The translations under genes were made by a program, and so were the position numbers. Below, piece by piece: positions 47,877 through 63,152 of a DNA stretch of 64,000 nucleotides. Source of the stretch: Eledone cirrhosa (taxonomy: Eukaryota); the NCBI GenBank assembly GCA_964016885.1, contig OZ024759.1, positions 36,580,001-36,644,000 of the forward strand, written 5' to 3'. The notes beneath the pieces were generated by a model. That model did not search any database. It saw only the letters and a list, made by a program, of their open reading frames with translations, and was not told the origin of the DNA. Every line of letters begins with the position of its first letter. Within the stretch, counting starts at the first letter, position 1.

Positions 47877-50800
47877 AGATAGATAGATAGATTGAGAGAC
47901 AGAGATGCTAGTGTGGGCCCAAGTGGTGGCGATGGTGGTTAAAAGGAAAGAGAGAGGGGGAGATGTTAGTGTGTACGTACATGGTGGCGGCGGCGGTTAA
48001 AAGGAAAGAGAAAAGGGAGATGTTAGTGTGCAGGCAGGTGGTGGCGACGGCGGGGGTGATAAGCAAAATGTGCTGCAGACGTTCAGTTTTATTTAACAAA
48101 GGAAGAAAGGATGAAACGAGGGATAACGTGAGTGAAGGAGATCGTTTGATGGAGGCAAAGAGAGCTTCTCTGTCCGAAACAGCAGGTTCTACCTTCCTTT
48201 CACTTCCCCTTTACATTTGAACTGACGAGAGACCCCCCCCCCCCCCCGCATGTACGTGGTCGCCCGACCTACGAGAAATGGCAACCATATGGCCCTCATA
48301 AACACATTAGATGATGTGATCCGCCATACACTACTGTCTCGGAAAGAAATAATAATAATTGTTTCTACGTTAGGCACAAGGCCAGCAAATTACCCAGTGT
48401 ATTACTGGTACTTTATTTTATCGACCCCGTTAGGATGAAAGGCAAAGTTAACCTCGGCGGGATTTGAACTCGGAAAGAAATAATAATAATAATAATAAAT
48501 AAATATAATGATGAATAAAATAAAATAATACGGCGGGATGGTTGCAAGGGAAAATCTTTTTAACCATAGGCCATTGTAGCACCTGTCAACAGCAACCGTA
48601 CAAATATTTGAGGGGGTTGACCGTATGTCGTGGCAGATTAAGGGGTGTGTGTTTAGGGTAGTGGTGATGACAGATGTAACCCACAGTATGTAAAGACCCC
48701 CCCCCCCCACAAATTATTATTATTATGGTCGATAAAATAAAGTACCAGTAACACACTGGGGTCGATTTAATTGACTTTCCTCTCCCCTCAAAATTGTTGG
48801 CCTTGTGCCTAAATCAGAAACCAATATCATTTTTGTACTGTCATAAATAATACACAAGGTCCCTATAAAAATTTCAGCTATGGGACCCATGAAATCTGAA
48901 TCCCTCCTTAAACGTATGTGTTGGTATAATAGTTTTAACCCGTGTTTTTACGATTCAAAACTATTTTAAAAGTGTTTATATTTATATGAAAACCCTACAT
49001 CATAATTTTATATTAAGTTATGTTCCAAACCTTTTTCATGCCGAAAACCACCTGCAATAGCCCCTGGTTCCATGTTACAAAACTGTATTTTTTAAAGTGT
49101 TTATTTTTATCTAAAAACCTACCATCATAATTTTATGTAAGAGCCCTTGTTAAGTTATGTTCCAAACAACAACTTAATAATGGTTTCTGATTTAGGCACA
49201 AGGCCAAACTTAATAATGAGAAAGTTATATTACTGCATCCCCACACACCAATTCTTGAATATTTTCAAAATGATTTCAAAACCATAGGCAGTGTTTTTCA
49301 TTAGAAATATGATAACGAAACGAGAAAAACTTCAATAATGATTTTTTTTTTGTTTCGTTGTTTTATTTGAAGCTAAAACTTGATTTTCTTTTTTCACACA
49401 CGTATTAACGTGTCACAGTCATATAAATTGTAAGTTTGAATTAAAGCACCTACCTACCTATTTACCTACCTATTTACCTATCTACCTACCTATTTACCTC
49501 CCTATCTACTTACCTCCCTACCCACCCACCAACCTATCTATTTACCTATCTACCTATCTATTTACCTATCTACATACCTCCCCACCCACCTACCTACCTA
49601 CCTACCTACCTACCCACCCACCTACCTACCTATTTACCCATTTTCTTACCTACCTCCCTACCTACTTACCTACCTACCAATATATCTATCTATCTATACA
49701 CCTACATCCTCTCACGTTCCTTTTCTGCCCCTTCCTTCCCCCCTCTCTCTCCCTTTCTCACACACACACGATCTGTCTGTATGTCACTCTAACTTTACAT
49801 TAATTACATAATGTTCACATGATTATCACCATTTACACACAATGGCACTTACACACACACACAGTTGGCCCCGGTGGGATTTGAACTGGTCTTTCTTAAA
49901 CAGATCTTGGCCGGAGCTCTTACGAGTTGGTGTCACATTAGTTTTTGTGATTTCCAGCAGAGCGGAGGAGGGATTTGAACCCGGAACAAATACCGCTAGG
50001 CATCTCGCCGAACGCTGAGGTTTATTTTTCAACATAGTCACTGGAAAGAAACAATGCAGTTGTCAATAATAAGAGTTGAGATGAATGCATGCAAGATTTC
50101 ACTGCTCTAGCATCACTCTTTCATAGTCAGACTATGATCTTATCATCCGACCCTCGTAGATACTGGCTAATGTTGTCCCCGATATATGCTACAACCATTG
50201 TTGTCACAAGAGAAGGAAGAGATGGTCGTTGGTGTGGCATGTCACTTTCCATCAAGGCCGAATCTGGCGTCGTTTCATTTTGGCAGTTTTTTAACTGGTA
50301 TGATTTCAGCGAGATTTGGTAGCTATTTCTAGGAAGTGGAGCAACCCTGCCACGTAAAAGGTTCTTAGTTCGTATAGCAACTATACGTATATATATATAT
50401 ATACAAGGGCGGTGCCCCAGCATGGCCTCAGCCAGATGGCTGGAACAGGTAAAAGAGTATATATATATATAGTATGTGTATTTGTTGTTTAGCTTGAGGT
50501 CAGTCTCGATAGAGCAGACCGATGGTCAAGGACATACCAGCCGTGACCATCGCGTCGTTCCTTTTTCTATGTCTGTGACTACATTATGGAACGCCGCTGT
50601 TTTTCAAGACGGTGGGGTGTTCGTTGACGGAATTTAGCTGCACTTTCTAGTAGCTCGAGTCACTCCGTGCAGGCTTCCACTTTGTATATGTAATACAAAT
50701 AGCATATAGCATATCCATCTGTATAATATACGTAGTACTGTATATAGTACGTCGATGTTATATAACGTAGTATGTAGTATACCTGTGATATATAGTATAT

Positions 50801-51977
50801 CTCTCTCTTTGAGGAAAAAACCCAGTAGGGAATGATTTGAGAAAGATTTGGACAGGTACGATATATTAATGTATACAAAGGGAAAGAGAGATAAAGAGAG
50901 GCATATATACGCACATGCATATATATACACAAATGCACATACATCATTCACACACACACATGCCACAGACCCTCGGGCCCAACAAACGATCCCACGCTCT
51001 TTCGAGTGCACTTTATTGACACCAACGTCAGGGAATAGTCATGTGTTTGGGCATAGATCGAGTCTTCCCAACCCTTTGTTTGACAGCTTTCCTACGGTTG
51101 GATGCCCTTCATATCACCAACCACATCATAGCATGTACTTGGTGAGTTTATCGTGTAAGATCACCAACTCTAGAGGTGTTGTTGCGCAGTTGACACAACT
51201 GAAGGGTCCTCTCGATCGTTTTTTTTTTTGTATGGTTTCTTCGACAGGATGTACTGGGTGCCCTTCCTATCACCAACCACTTTACAGCGTGTACTGGGAG
51301 TCTTTTCGTGGCACTGGCACTAGAGAAGTCGTTAACTCAACTGAAGGGCTCTATCTAAACAACGGCAGGGTGTGGGGTTACGTCATGGGTGAGTGACAAT
51401 TGTGGAGGGATTATACAGGGTGTGCGGTGGTGGATAAGAGGGAAGACTTCCGGCAGTGTGGAAGGTACTGTGATCATAAAAGTTACTAATGTGTCAGAGT
51501 TTAGATTGGGTGGTCTAGAGTGGAATAAGGAGGTGAGTGGGCAGTGATCCTGGATATAAATATATGAGGGGGTGGGCGTATGCGGGGATGCTGAGAACAG
51601 CTACTACAGGGGTGTTGGGCTTGAATGGGCTGGGGTGCAGTGAAAATGAGGATAGCTACTAAAAGGTAATAGAGGTGGGAAGCGATACGAAGATGTGTCA
51701 GGTCAAGTTTTAGGTTAGTAGACGGGTTTTTACCAGCCTTCACGTTTCATATAAAATATGTTCCACTGAAACTTCGATCTCTCACCTCAACCCCTCCACC
51801 CGTCTATATGAGTATTTTACCAGATTTATTGCAATCGGCTGAGGTTAGAGTTATTTCCTGCGTTTGAAATTTCTATATCTTTTAAGAGTTTCAATGTACT
51901 CACCACTCCGATAGTTTAGTTTCGAAATGTACATGCATGCATGCATACATACATACATACATACATACATACATACA

Positions 51978-52009
<32 letters not shown>

Positions 52010-52228
52010 CGCACACTCACAGCTAGGTATGTACGTATAGAAACATACCCATATATCTCTATATATACATACATACATACCTACATATCTATGTGAGTAT
52101 ATATATATATATATATATATCATGTTTAATATAGAAATGGCTTCTACAGGACTAAAACTGTTTCATTCATGATTTTTTTTTTAATGAAACAGTTCTAATT
52201 CTGTAGAAGCCATTTCTATATTATACAT

Positions 52229-52327
<99 letters not shown>

Positions 52328-52687
52328 GATGGTTCAATTATATATATATATATATGATGGTTCAATTATATATATATATATATGATGGTTCAATTATATA
52401 TATATATATATGATGGTTCAATTATATATATATATATATGATGGTTCAATTATATATATATATATATGATGGTTCAATTATATATATATATATATGATGG
52501 TTCAATTATATATATATATATATGATGGTTCAATTATATATATATATATATAAGATGGTTCAATTATATATATATATATATAAGATGGTTCAATTATATA
52601 TATATATATATAAGATGGTTCAATTATATATATATATATATAAGATGGTTCAATTATATATATATATATATATATATATGATGGTTC

Positions 52688-52724
<37 letters not shown>

Positions 52725-52730
52725 TTCAAT

Positions 52731-52762
<32 letters not shown>

Positions 52763-52768
52763 TTCAAT

Positions 52769-52800
<32 letters not shown>

Positions 52801-52806
52801 TTCAAT

Positions 52807-52838
<32 letters not shown>

Positions 52839-52844
52839 TTCAAT

Positions 52845-52876
<32 letters not shown>

Positions 52877-52879
52877 TTC

Positions 52880-52916
<37 letters not shown>

Positions 52917-52955
52917 TTCAATTATATATATATATATATATAAGATGGTTCAATT
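52328..52955. repeat. 20 copies of GATGGTTCAATT separated by variable (AT)n
   Basis: Counted directly; the last copy continues into a 21-bp perfect hairpin (52944-52986). Confidence 0.95.
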
Positions 52956-53017
52956 CCAGTCTTGCCAAGACTGGAATTGAACCATCAGCACAGTTGAGGT
53001 ATGTCAGACATCAATTA

Positions 53018-53081
53018 ATTTTATCTGACGAGGACGTACTGATGAAATAGCACAGTACCTCTGAAATATGTATAATAAAAT
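53018..53081 (+). ncRNA. Type-I hammerhead ribozyme motif
   Basis: attttat CTGACGA ggacgtactg..cagtacctct GAA atatgtat A ataaaat: 7-bp stem I, ~9-bp stem II, near-palindromic stem III. Confidence 0.75.
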
Positions 53082-53483
53082 ATATTTGATCGCATGAATG
53101 TCTATATTTATTAATATTTTGAAGTAATATTAATAACTCCAGAAAACCTCTTTGTTGAGTCCTTCTAACCTGTTATATATATATATATAATTACCCTCGC
53201 TATCCACGCTGCCATGGGTTAAACAGGTTGTCACGTTCTGTGGCTTGACAGGTCATGTGACATCTAGCTCCTACCTTTCATATTTGACTGGATGCCCTTC
53301 CTAACACCAACCACTTAAACCGTGCAGTGGGTGTGTATGGGTATATAAATGTGTATGTACATATATGTGTGTGTCTACATGTATAACAATGAAATTATTG
53401 TGTACATATATATGTGTATGTATGTGTATATATATGTGTGTACACATATGTATGTATGATGTATGTACAACTATATATATATA

Positions 53484-53572
<89 letters not shown>

Positions 53573-53644
53573 ACTTCCTCCTAATAAAACTGTATTTTTG
53601 CATGCTTGTGTTTGTTTTGTTTTATTTCTTCAACTATGTGTATG

Positions 53645-53692
<48 letters not shown>

Positions 53693-55994
53693 AGATGTAT
53701 TTTTCATGCATTTTCGTTACATCTGACATGTTGTGTGACCTTGGATGTTATGAGCATGCATGTTAACGGCGGTGCTTTTTAATGTGCAGCTTGCCTCTAT
53801 TTCTGCACTTTCCACTGGAATTTTGGTGGTCGCCAAGACACGAGGTGTATAATCTAGCTAGCTCGATAGACATTGAGTTTGAGGGAGAAAGAGAGAGATG
53901 TATGTACCGATACATAGCGGAGAATAAGAGAGATGGGGGGGGGGGGCATAATGTGGTAGAGAGAGAGAGTAAGTGAGGGAGAGGGTGATGTAGATAGATA
54001 TAGAGCAGTGAGAGATAGATAGATAGAGACTGGAGATAGAGGGATAGAGACACAATGAGAAAAAATAGATAGATCCATAGGTAGACAAATAGATGTGGAA
54101 TGGAGAGAGACAGAACTGTATAGGGCGGGGAAGAGAGAGTAATAAATCTTTGTAAATAGACAGATACATACTGGAGAGTTGTATAGACACATAGCATGAG
54201 GAAAGCTGTGTAAATAGATAGATACAAAGGAGAGAGAGGTAACTGTTGTGTAAATAGGCAGAGACAGTGAAAGAGAGATATATATAGAGAGAGACCTGGT
54301 GAGAAAGTCTGAGAAAAAGATAGAGATATAGAGACATAGTGATAAAGAGAGAGAAACATACAGATAGATAGAGACAGAGACAGAGAGAAAGATAGACAGT
54401 GAGAAAGAGAAAGAAAGAGATAGGGTGAGATAGACAGAGACAGTGAGAAAGAAAGAAATATACTGATAGATAGAGACTGAGAATGAGATAGATAGTCAGA
54501 GACAATGGGAAAGAAAGAGACAGGGTGAGAAAGAGAAAAAGAGACAGGGTGAGATAGACAGAGACAGTGAGAAAGAAAGAGACAGGGTGAGATAGACAGA
54601 GACTGTGAGAAAGAAAGAGACGGTGAGATTGACAGAGAGAAAGAAAGAGACAGGGTGAGATAGACAGAGACAGTGGGAAAGAAAGAGACAGGGTGAGATA
54701 GACAGAGAGAAAGAAAGAGACAGGGTGAGATAGACAGAGAGAAATCCATCGTTTTGCCGGCAGATTTGCTCCTGTTTGTTGCTGGTGCGTACGTGTCTCT
54801 ATTTTATTATTTATTGCTCTCAAAACTCCTTCATTCATTGCTTTTATTACTTAATGTTTATTAATTACCACAATGTGTGCTTTCATTCTTTCATTATTTA
54901 AAGCTATTGCCTTTATTTATGAAATATTTTTCTTCCCCGTTTGATTTTACTTTCAAATCTCTGGCTCGCCCAACATTTCTTTCCATTTGGATAATATGGA
55001 AGTTGGAGATTGGATATTTGGTGAAAATATGGATATATCCATCAGATTTTCTTTTTACATAAAAACATATATATTTCATTCTATTGCACTTACACAAATA
55101 CTCTCTCTCTCCCTCTCTCTATATATATTTACATATGTGTGTAGAGACCTATTGTATATATATATATATATATAAACACCTTACATTTTATTTATACAAT
55201 CAATATATATATACAACCTACACATTTTGTAAATATACACATACATTTTATAAATGCACACATAAACACCCTATGCACATATACTTACCTTAACATGTGT
55301 ACACGCAGATATTTGTGTGTGTACACATATTTGTACATTTCATATTAAAATATAACACACAGCGCCTCCCAACATACACTAACACAAATTTATACCCAGA
55401 TCTATATGTGTACTTATATATACATGCACACATACTCACATATGTGTGCATGTATATATACATGCACACATGAGTATGTGTGCATGTATATATACACGCA
55501 CACATATCTCTCTCTCTCTATATATATATATACACACACACACACAGTGTCCTCCTAAAAGTAGAGACACTTCGACAGCATTCTAATAAATCTTGCCTGT
55601 ACAGGTAATCAAATTATGTATACATTTTTGTGGACATCTTGTGTATATAATATATATATATATACACACACACACATATGTCTAAATGTATGTGTGTATA
55701 TATATATATGTATGTATGTATATACACATATGTATGTATGTATATACACATATGTGTAGATGTGTGTATCTTAAGACTCCTGACAACAACCAAGTCTGAC
55801 TCACGTTGCTTCTCACCCCACCCCCATCTTATTTCGTTCGAATTTGAATTATGATAATCTGGAATTATCATAATCTTCGACAATATTAATGAAAGCTGCG
55901 AGGTTGCTGTTATTTTACACTTGGCTGTCAGAACCTGTTTCTCCTTTCTTTACGAAAAATCCCCCAAAAAACGAAAAAAGAAAGTAAAACAGAC

Positions 55995-56659
55995 AAAAAT
56001 AATAATAATAATAATAATAGTAGTGGTAGTGGTAGTAATGATAGTGGTAGTTGTAATAATAATAATGAAAGTAGTAGTAATGGTAGTAGTAGTAGTAGTA
56101 GTAGTGATAGTAGTAATAATAATAATGATAGTAGTGGTAGTAGTAATAATGATAATAATAATAGTAGTAGTAGTAGTAGTAATAATAGTGGTAGTAGTAA
56201 TAATGATAATGATTTCATTTATTAGCCACAAGGGCCGACATGTAGGGGTCATAATAATAATAATGATAAAAGTAGTAGTAGAAATAATTAGAATGATAAT
56301 GATGACGATGGTGATGATGGTGATAACGATGATGATGATGATGGTGACCGTAAATATTAGCTCATTCTTACAAAAAAATATTTTTTGCGGTGGTATTGGA
56401 GGTGGCTGGACACACATATGTGTGTGTGTGTCTATATATATAATGTGTGTCTATATATATATAATGTGTGTATATATATATATATAATGTGTGTCTATAT
56501 ATATATAATGTGTGTGTATATATATATAATGTGTGTGTATATATATATAATGTGTGTATATATATATAATGTGTGTGTATATATGTATAATGTGTGTGTC
56601 TATATATAATGTGTGTGTATATATATATATGTGTATATATATATGTGTGTATATATATA

Positions 56660-56733
<74 letters not shown>

Positions 56734-56963
56734 GTGTGTATATATATATGTATAATGTGTGTGTATATATATGTATAATGTGTGTGTATATATATGTATA
56801 ATGTGTATATATATATATATATATAATGTGTGTCTATATATATATATATATAATGTGTGTCTATATATATATATATATATAATGTGTGTCTATATATATA
56901 TATATAATGTGTGTCTATATATATATATATATATAATGTGTCTCTCTCTATATATATATATAA

Positions 56964-57003
<40 letters not shown>

Positions 57004-57190
57004 GTGTGTCTATATATATATATATATATAATGTGTGTCTCTATATATATATGTGTGTATATATATATGTATAATGTGTGTATATATATATATATAATGT
57101 GTGTCTATATATATATATATAATGTGTGTGTATATATATGTATAATGTGTCTATATATATATATATATAATGTGTGTCTATATATATGTA
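55995..57190. repeat. (AAT/AGT/GAT)n trinucleotide tract followed by aatgtgtgtcta(ta)n minisatellite
   Basis: Directly visible. Confidence 0.9.
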
Positions 57191-60100
57191 TAATTCAGAT
57201 TTTAGTTTTGTTTGTTCTTTTCTCGCAGTTTTAGTTTTAAAAAGAAAGGAAGAGAAAGAAAGAAAAATGAGTTGTTTTAATTATAAACAGATTTGTTTCT
57301 CTTCTCCACATTTCCCCGGTTTTCTCCGTCTCTTTGTTTCAACCAATTACTGTTTTTTAACATATAGACTCGACACAACGAAAACAAACACTATACTATG
57401 ATGATTAATAGCTTTATATATATATATATATATATATATTGTTTTCCTTTTAATAATATATTGTCGTGAATGGCCTTCATTATGTCTCCCCACATTTTTT
57501 CGGAGGAGGTCTCTAGCCATGTAACATGTAAACTGGAAAGAAATGGCTACAACATAGAATGGAAACCGGGTCGTCGTGGAGTCGGTTTACCGGGAGTTTA
57601 CTGTCTTAAACTACACGGAGGAGGTGGTGGTGCTGCTGCTATTATTCTCCGTTTGTTTCGTTGTTCTCATTTTAAATGTTGCCAGAAGAAATTAGTTAAG
57701 TAGCAGCAGCTGCAGGGATATAGATTCGATCGACAGTATTCCCTTTTTTTACACACACACACTCTCCCTCCCCTTGTGTAAATAGTCGAATCTCTAACGA
57801 AGTTTCCCCGGCAAGCTGACTGACACCATCATCCGGCCTTTCTTTAATACTCAGCTATAGTAAAGTAGGTAGATTGATATGGACAGCATAGTTCCCCCGT
57901 TACAAATTGCTTTCGCGCAGCCCTAAACATCTCCCTTTCTACATACTTATGTAAGAAGCTAGTCGGAAAAGCAGATAAAGAACATCGCTCTCTCCCTACA
58001 TCCCCTAAATATCTCAGGTTCTCCTCCATACTTATGTAAGGAGCTAGCTGGAAAAGAATGACTGTCGTTTGCGAATCGTGGTTCGCTCATTATATCTCCT
58101 GTGAATTGCAGGCTATATTATGCAAGTCGGGTTCGGTTTGTGGAAGCCACCACTTCTCACTTTCGTGTGTGGTCGTCATGATTAAATAACTTACTGTAAA
58201 TCCTTCTTTCGGTGTTATATTTAAACGTGCAGTTTGCCCCCTGCATGTGCAATTCTAAATCTAGTTTTATGTCAAATATTACATAGTAAATGATAACTTA
58301 AAACAGTCATAAAATGTTTTAAAATAGCCATAATATTACAAATGATACTCAGACTCAGAGAATATTAAACACAGGGTCGTGGCACCTGCCTTAAAGATGG
58401 GGAGTTTTAAAATTTCCTTAAAATAATTTCTGCCTTCTTTCCTACGTAGAATTACAGAATAAAAGCTTAAAACATCTGGAGTTGTACACCCAGTTTTAAA
58501 TCCCATCCCTTTCTTCTGAGGTCTTGCCTTATTTAAAGCCGGCTTAACTCTTAACACTCGGTAATGATACAGCAGAAAATATCTAAACACAGGTTTGTTG
58601 TTAATTAAAATGTTTATAATATCTTTACTAGTGGACAGATCGTTGTGAAAATTTCCAGTAAACAAAAGTAAAATCATTAATTTTTAATGTGATGCAGATA
58701 TAGTGCTGTTTTGTATTGTTAAAGAATGTCTTGTTAATACGGTTTTGTGTGGTGCAGGACTTTAAGACTTTTGGACGGGCATGCACGCCGCAGTGTTACA
58801 TCTTTTTGTCACCACTCTCGCTGGAAGTAGCTGGCTCTTAATTGTTTTGGGAGAAACGTGGCGACAGCCTTTTTTCGTATCTTCCTTTTCCTAAATTCTA
58901 TATGCAAAGATGTTCATCATATGTTAAAACACCCAGTTCTATTATGTCGTGTTTATTATGGGTTTAAACCCCAACTCTCCTGGGTAGGGTGGATGGGTCC
59001 ACTTTGTATTTTCAGTTACGGTTAATATCAAGCACCGAGGGAAACCTCTTACGTGGTCGCTTGGTAAGACTACAGTTAAATTTCCCAACGAACTCACCCC
59101 ACTGTCATTTAAAAGAAATATCTGATGATCACTGCAGGACTGGCTTAAATCATAGACCAATTTCATCATGTGTGGCCTGTAAACGTACCAGTAATATGCG
59201 GTGAGAACCAAACAGTGGGAAACCTCTAACGTGGTTTCTTGTTCAGTCTGCTAGAAATGAGTTACATTTCGCGACAACTAGTTCTATTGTAATTCTTTTG
59301 TTTAAATACAGGATGGTCATTGCTGGAATGACTTAGATCGTAGGCCTATTTCACCTAGACTGACCTGTAAAGTGCCAGTGATGTACTGTGACAATTTAAT
59401 CAACCATACAATATCTCAGCTATCTCTCTCTCTCTCTCCAACGGTAAAGTACCACAGCTTTTCATTCTTACTGGGTCGATAAAATAAAGTACCTGTAACA
59501 CACTGGGGTCGATAAAATAAAGTACCTGTAACACACTGGGGTCGATTTAATCAACTTTCCCCTCCCACTAAAATATTGGCCTTGTGTCTAAATCAGAAAC
59601 CATTATTTCCTTATCTGTCTCTCTACACCTGTAAAGTACCAGTAATGTACTGTGACAATTTAATCAACCATACAACATCTCCTTATCTGATGTCTCTCTC
59701 TCTCCAATTAACAAGTCTAACGAGGATTGTGATGCTAGTATGACTTCTAGACAGACATTATCAACCAGGCCTTCTTTATATTAGCATGTTTAACTACAGA
59801 CGTGATGTGGCGGACGTAACATTTTCTTCATTTCAATCTATCTGGTCACTGAAATATATTTAAACACAGCACCGGGGAAGATTTTGAAATTGTTTGTGCT
59901 TCCCTACGCAAACGACCATAATAAATGTCGATGACTGTAAATAATGGTTGAGAAAAATCGGATAAAGTTACCACCCATAGAGACAGAAAATAAATGTGGA
60001 GAGTGAAGCTTCCTCTCCGGCGCCTCTGTCTTCGTGGTAAGTTCTTTACCTGATTTTTCTCATGTTTAATTATTGTGATCACTTACGCTGGGACGCATAT

Positions 60101-60290
60101 ACTTCAATATATATATATATACACACACACACATATACACAGGGTGTTCCCAAAAAATGTATAGACACTTCAACAGTATTCTAATAAATATTGCCTGTAC
60201 AGGTAATCAAAGTGTGTATACATTTTTTTTGGGGGGGGGGGCACCTTGTGTGTATATATATATATATACATTTGGGGGGGGGGGACACCT

Positions 60291-60345
<55 letters not shown>

Positions 60346-60867
60346 TATTAAGAGTCGAAACCGGGATGTCGTGACTAAAGGAGTGGGGAAATAGGAAGTT
60401 GTGGCTTTCATTGCAGTTTTAAAGAAATCCATTTATTCCTAACATGTTATGTTCTCGTTTACTGAAGCCGACATATGCAGAGATGCGCACACATATATAC
60501 ACATACATATATACACCCACACACACACACATATATACATACATACACACGCGTAGATTCACAGACATACATATATACACGCATACATTTTGTAACACAT
60601 TATGTCTATGACGTGTGTGTGTATATGTGAGCGTGTGTCTACATGTGTATAATGTGGGTGTGTGTTTGTGAGCGTGTGTGTAAGCGTGTGTTACATATGT
60701 GTGTGTCTATATATGTGAGCGTGTGTTACATGTGTGTGTGCTTGCGAAATCCAGTCGGTTTTATTGAATGATTAAATATCTTTTTCTGTCACGCTGAAAT
60801 GTCAATATTAAATATTATTATTCTACACACGTCTGTGTGTAGAATAATATACTTATATATGGGAGCG

Positions 60868-60928
<61 letters not shown>

Positions 60929-61169
60929 TCCGATATATATATAGATGTGTGTGTTCCGATATATATATATATAGGTGTGTGCCTTCGTCCATTATTCGGT
61001 TCGTCTGTAGTGTCCATGTTAATTTACTTGCTGTGATTTCACTGTTATGACATTTTTCACCGCTAAGTCTTTTTTCTTTTCCTTTTTGTTATTAATCAAT
61101 GATGTCAACATACTACTACTACTACCTCTCTTTAACTCTCTCCTGTTGTATGTCTGCCTGTGTACATCC

Positions 61170-61775
61170 AGGTAGGTTCTATAGAAGTGGTTGATAGCTT
61201 CCAGTACCTATGTGATCAGATTAGCATGGGAGGGGGAGTGTTCCGAGGCCATAGTTTCTAGAATAAGGACAGCTTGGAAGAAGTTTAGGGAGCTGCTTCC
61301 TCTGTTAACAAAGAAGGGTTTCTCCCTGCGTACGAAAGGCCGGTTATATGATGCCTGTGTGAAATGCGCGATGCTGCACCGTAGTGAGACATGGGCAGCA
61401 ACTGCGGAGGATATGCGTCGGCTGGAGAGAAATGAAGCAAGCATACTCCGTTGGATGTGCAATGTCAATGTGTGTGAATGACCGAGCATAGATGAGTTGA
61501 GAGAGAAACTGTGTTTAAGAGGGATAAGTTGTAGTGTGCAAGAGAGATGACTGCCATGGTATGGACATGTGATGTGCATGGAGGATGACCGCTGGTTAAA
61601 GAAGTGCCAAGAAATCCTAGTTGAAGGAAGATGCAGTAGAGGAAGACCGCAAAAAACATGGGCGGAGGTGGTGAGAGCAGACCTCAGCTCGCTGAAGCTT
61701 GTGGAGAGATGCTGTGCTGAATAGGACCCATCCCACCCTTGCAAGCAGGGAAAAGCAGACGTAAAATGATGATGA
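61170..61775 (+). mobile_element. RTE-clade LINE 3' fragment
   Basis: CSEAIVSRIRTAWKKFRELLPLLTKKGFSLRTKGRLYDACV..SETWA..LRWMCNV; (atg)n tail. Confidence 0.88.
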
Positions 61776-62884
61776 TTTTATATATATATAAATACACATA
61801 TGTACATACACACCTGTGTGTCTGGAATACTTAACCATTTACACAATGGTTTCTTGTTTAGACACAAAGGCCAACAATTTGGGGGGGAGGGAGTCAATTA
61901 AATCGACCTCAGTGCATTACTGGTACTTTATTTTATCAACTCTGTAAGGATGAATGGCAAATATCGAATCTATGATTTGATCTTACTTAATTTGAGAATA
62001 ATACCTTAACACCAGTATGAGCAGCTGGTTACAGCCAGTTTGAACAGAGAGAGGTGAGAGTATTCTGGCCTGAAATGGCCGGTTTAAATGTTAAAGGGTT
62101 AAGGGTATGCATGTCTGTGGAATATTCAGCCACTTACAAGATGGACTGTAGCTGTAATTGAAAAGTCTAGCTTAGTCACACTGTATCTGTGGAATACTCA
62201 GCCACTTACAGTACTATACAAGATAGACAGTAGCTAAGACTATGCTGGGGCACCACCATTATTACTACACTACCATTATCCTTTCTTGGTTGGTCATTGG
62301 TCAAGAAAAGGGTTTGAAATCAGTGTCCCTCATTTGTGTTTCTTGCTGGGATCTTTGAAAACATCTACATCCACTTCAGGAAGATTTGTCAGTTATTTTG
62401 GCAAAATATTAAAGAGCTTTGCCTGCTTGAACCCTCAACATATGACATTATCTGATCCTTACTCTAGATGTGGAGGGTGGGATGGAACCTGTGATACTAC
62501 TCAGTGGTATACTGTTTGGGGGCAGGAACCAGGTGTAGCTCTCAATGGCCAAGTTAAGTACTAACTCTTCCAAGATCTTCCATAATCATCGTTTAACGTC
62601 CATCTTCCACGCTTGCATGGGTAGGACGGGCTGTCCCTTTGTGAGGGATCAGGTCGGCAAACCTTGATTTGCTCATTCAGAACTGATTTAACTTGGTTTC
62701 TACAGCTGGATGCCCTTCCTAACACCAACCTCATTTACAGTGAGTACTGGGTGCTTTTTGCCATGATACCTACATGACCACTTTACAGTGTGGACTGGGT
62801 GCCTTTTGCCGTGACACCTACCATATATATATAGGAATTCTCTCTCTCTATACACACACACACACACAAAGCTTGACCACTTCT

Positions 62885-63105
62885 TGCACTTTATGTCTGT
62901 CCCTTCCTGGTATGAGATCTCAAATGGCTGTTGAGACCTGAAAGCCTGTGAAACACCTGTCCATAAATATTACAATGATGTCTCATTTCATTCTTGTCTC
63001 CACTTTGGGTTTCCTTATTCTGTAGTTCAGATGTCCCTTCAATCCTGATTTGGAGATTTTCTGACAAACATGGCACTGAAACTGATTCTCTCCAACAAAG
63101 TTTGA
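62885..63105 (-). mobile_element. LINE (RTE-like) 3' fragment with decayed C2H2 finger
   Basis: HCNIYGQVFHRLSGLNSHLRSH. Confidence 0.5.
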
Positions 63106-63109
63106 ATAA

Positions 63110-63152
<43 letters not shown>

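Noticed and set aside
52328-52955. CRISPR-like array (constant repeat, variable spacers)
   Set aside because: The repeat is only 12 nt, spacers are pure (AT)n, there are no cas genes and the context is eukaryotic.
58336-58677. 113-aa minus-strand ORF
   Set aside because: No recognisable motif or splice context.
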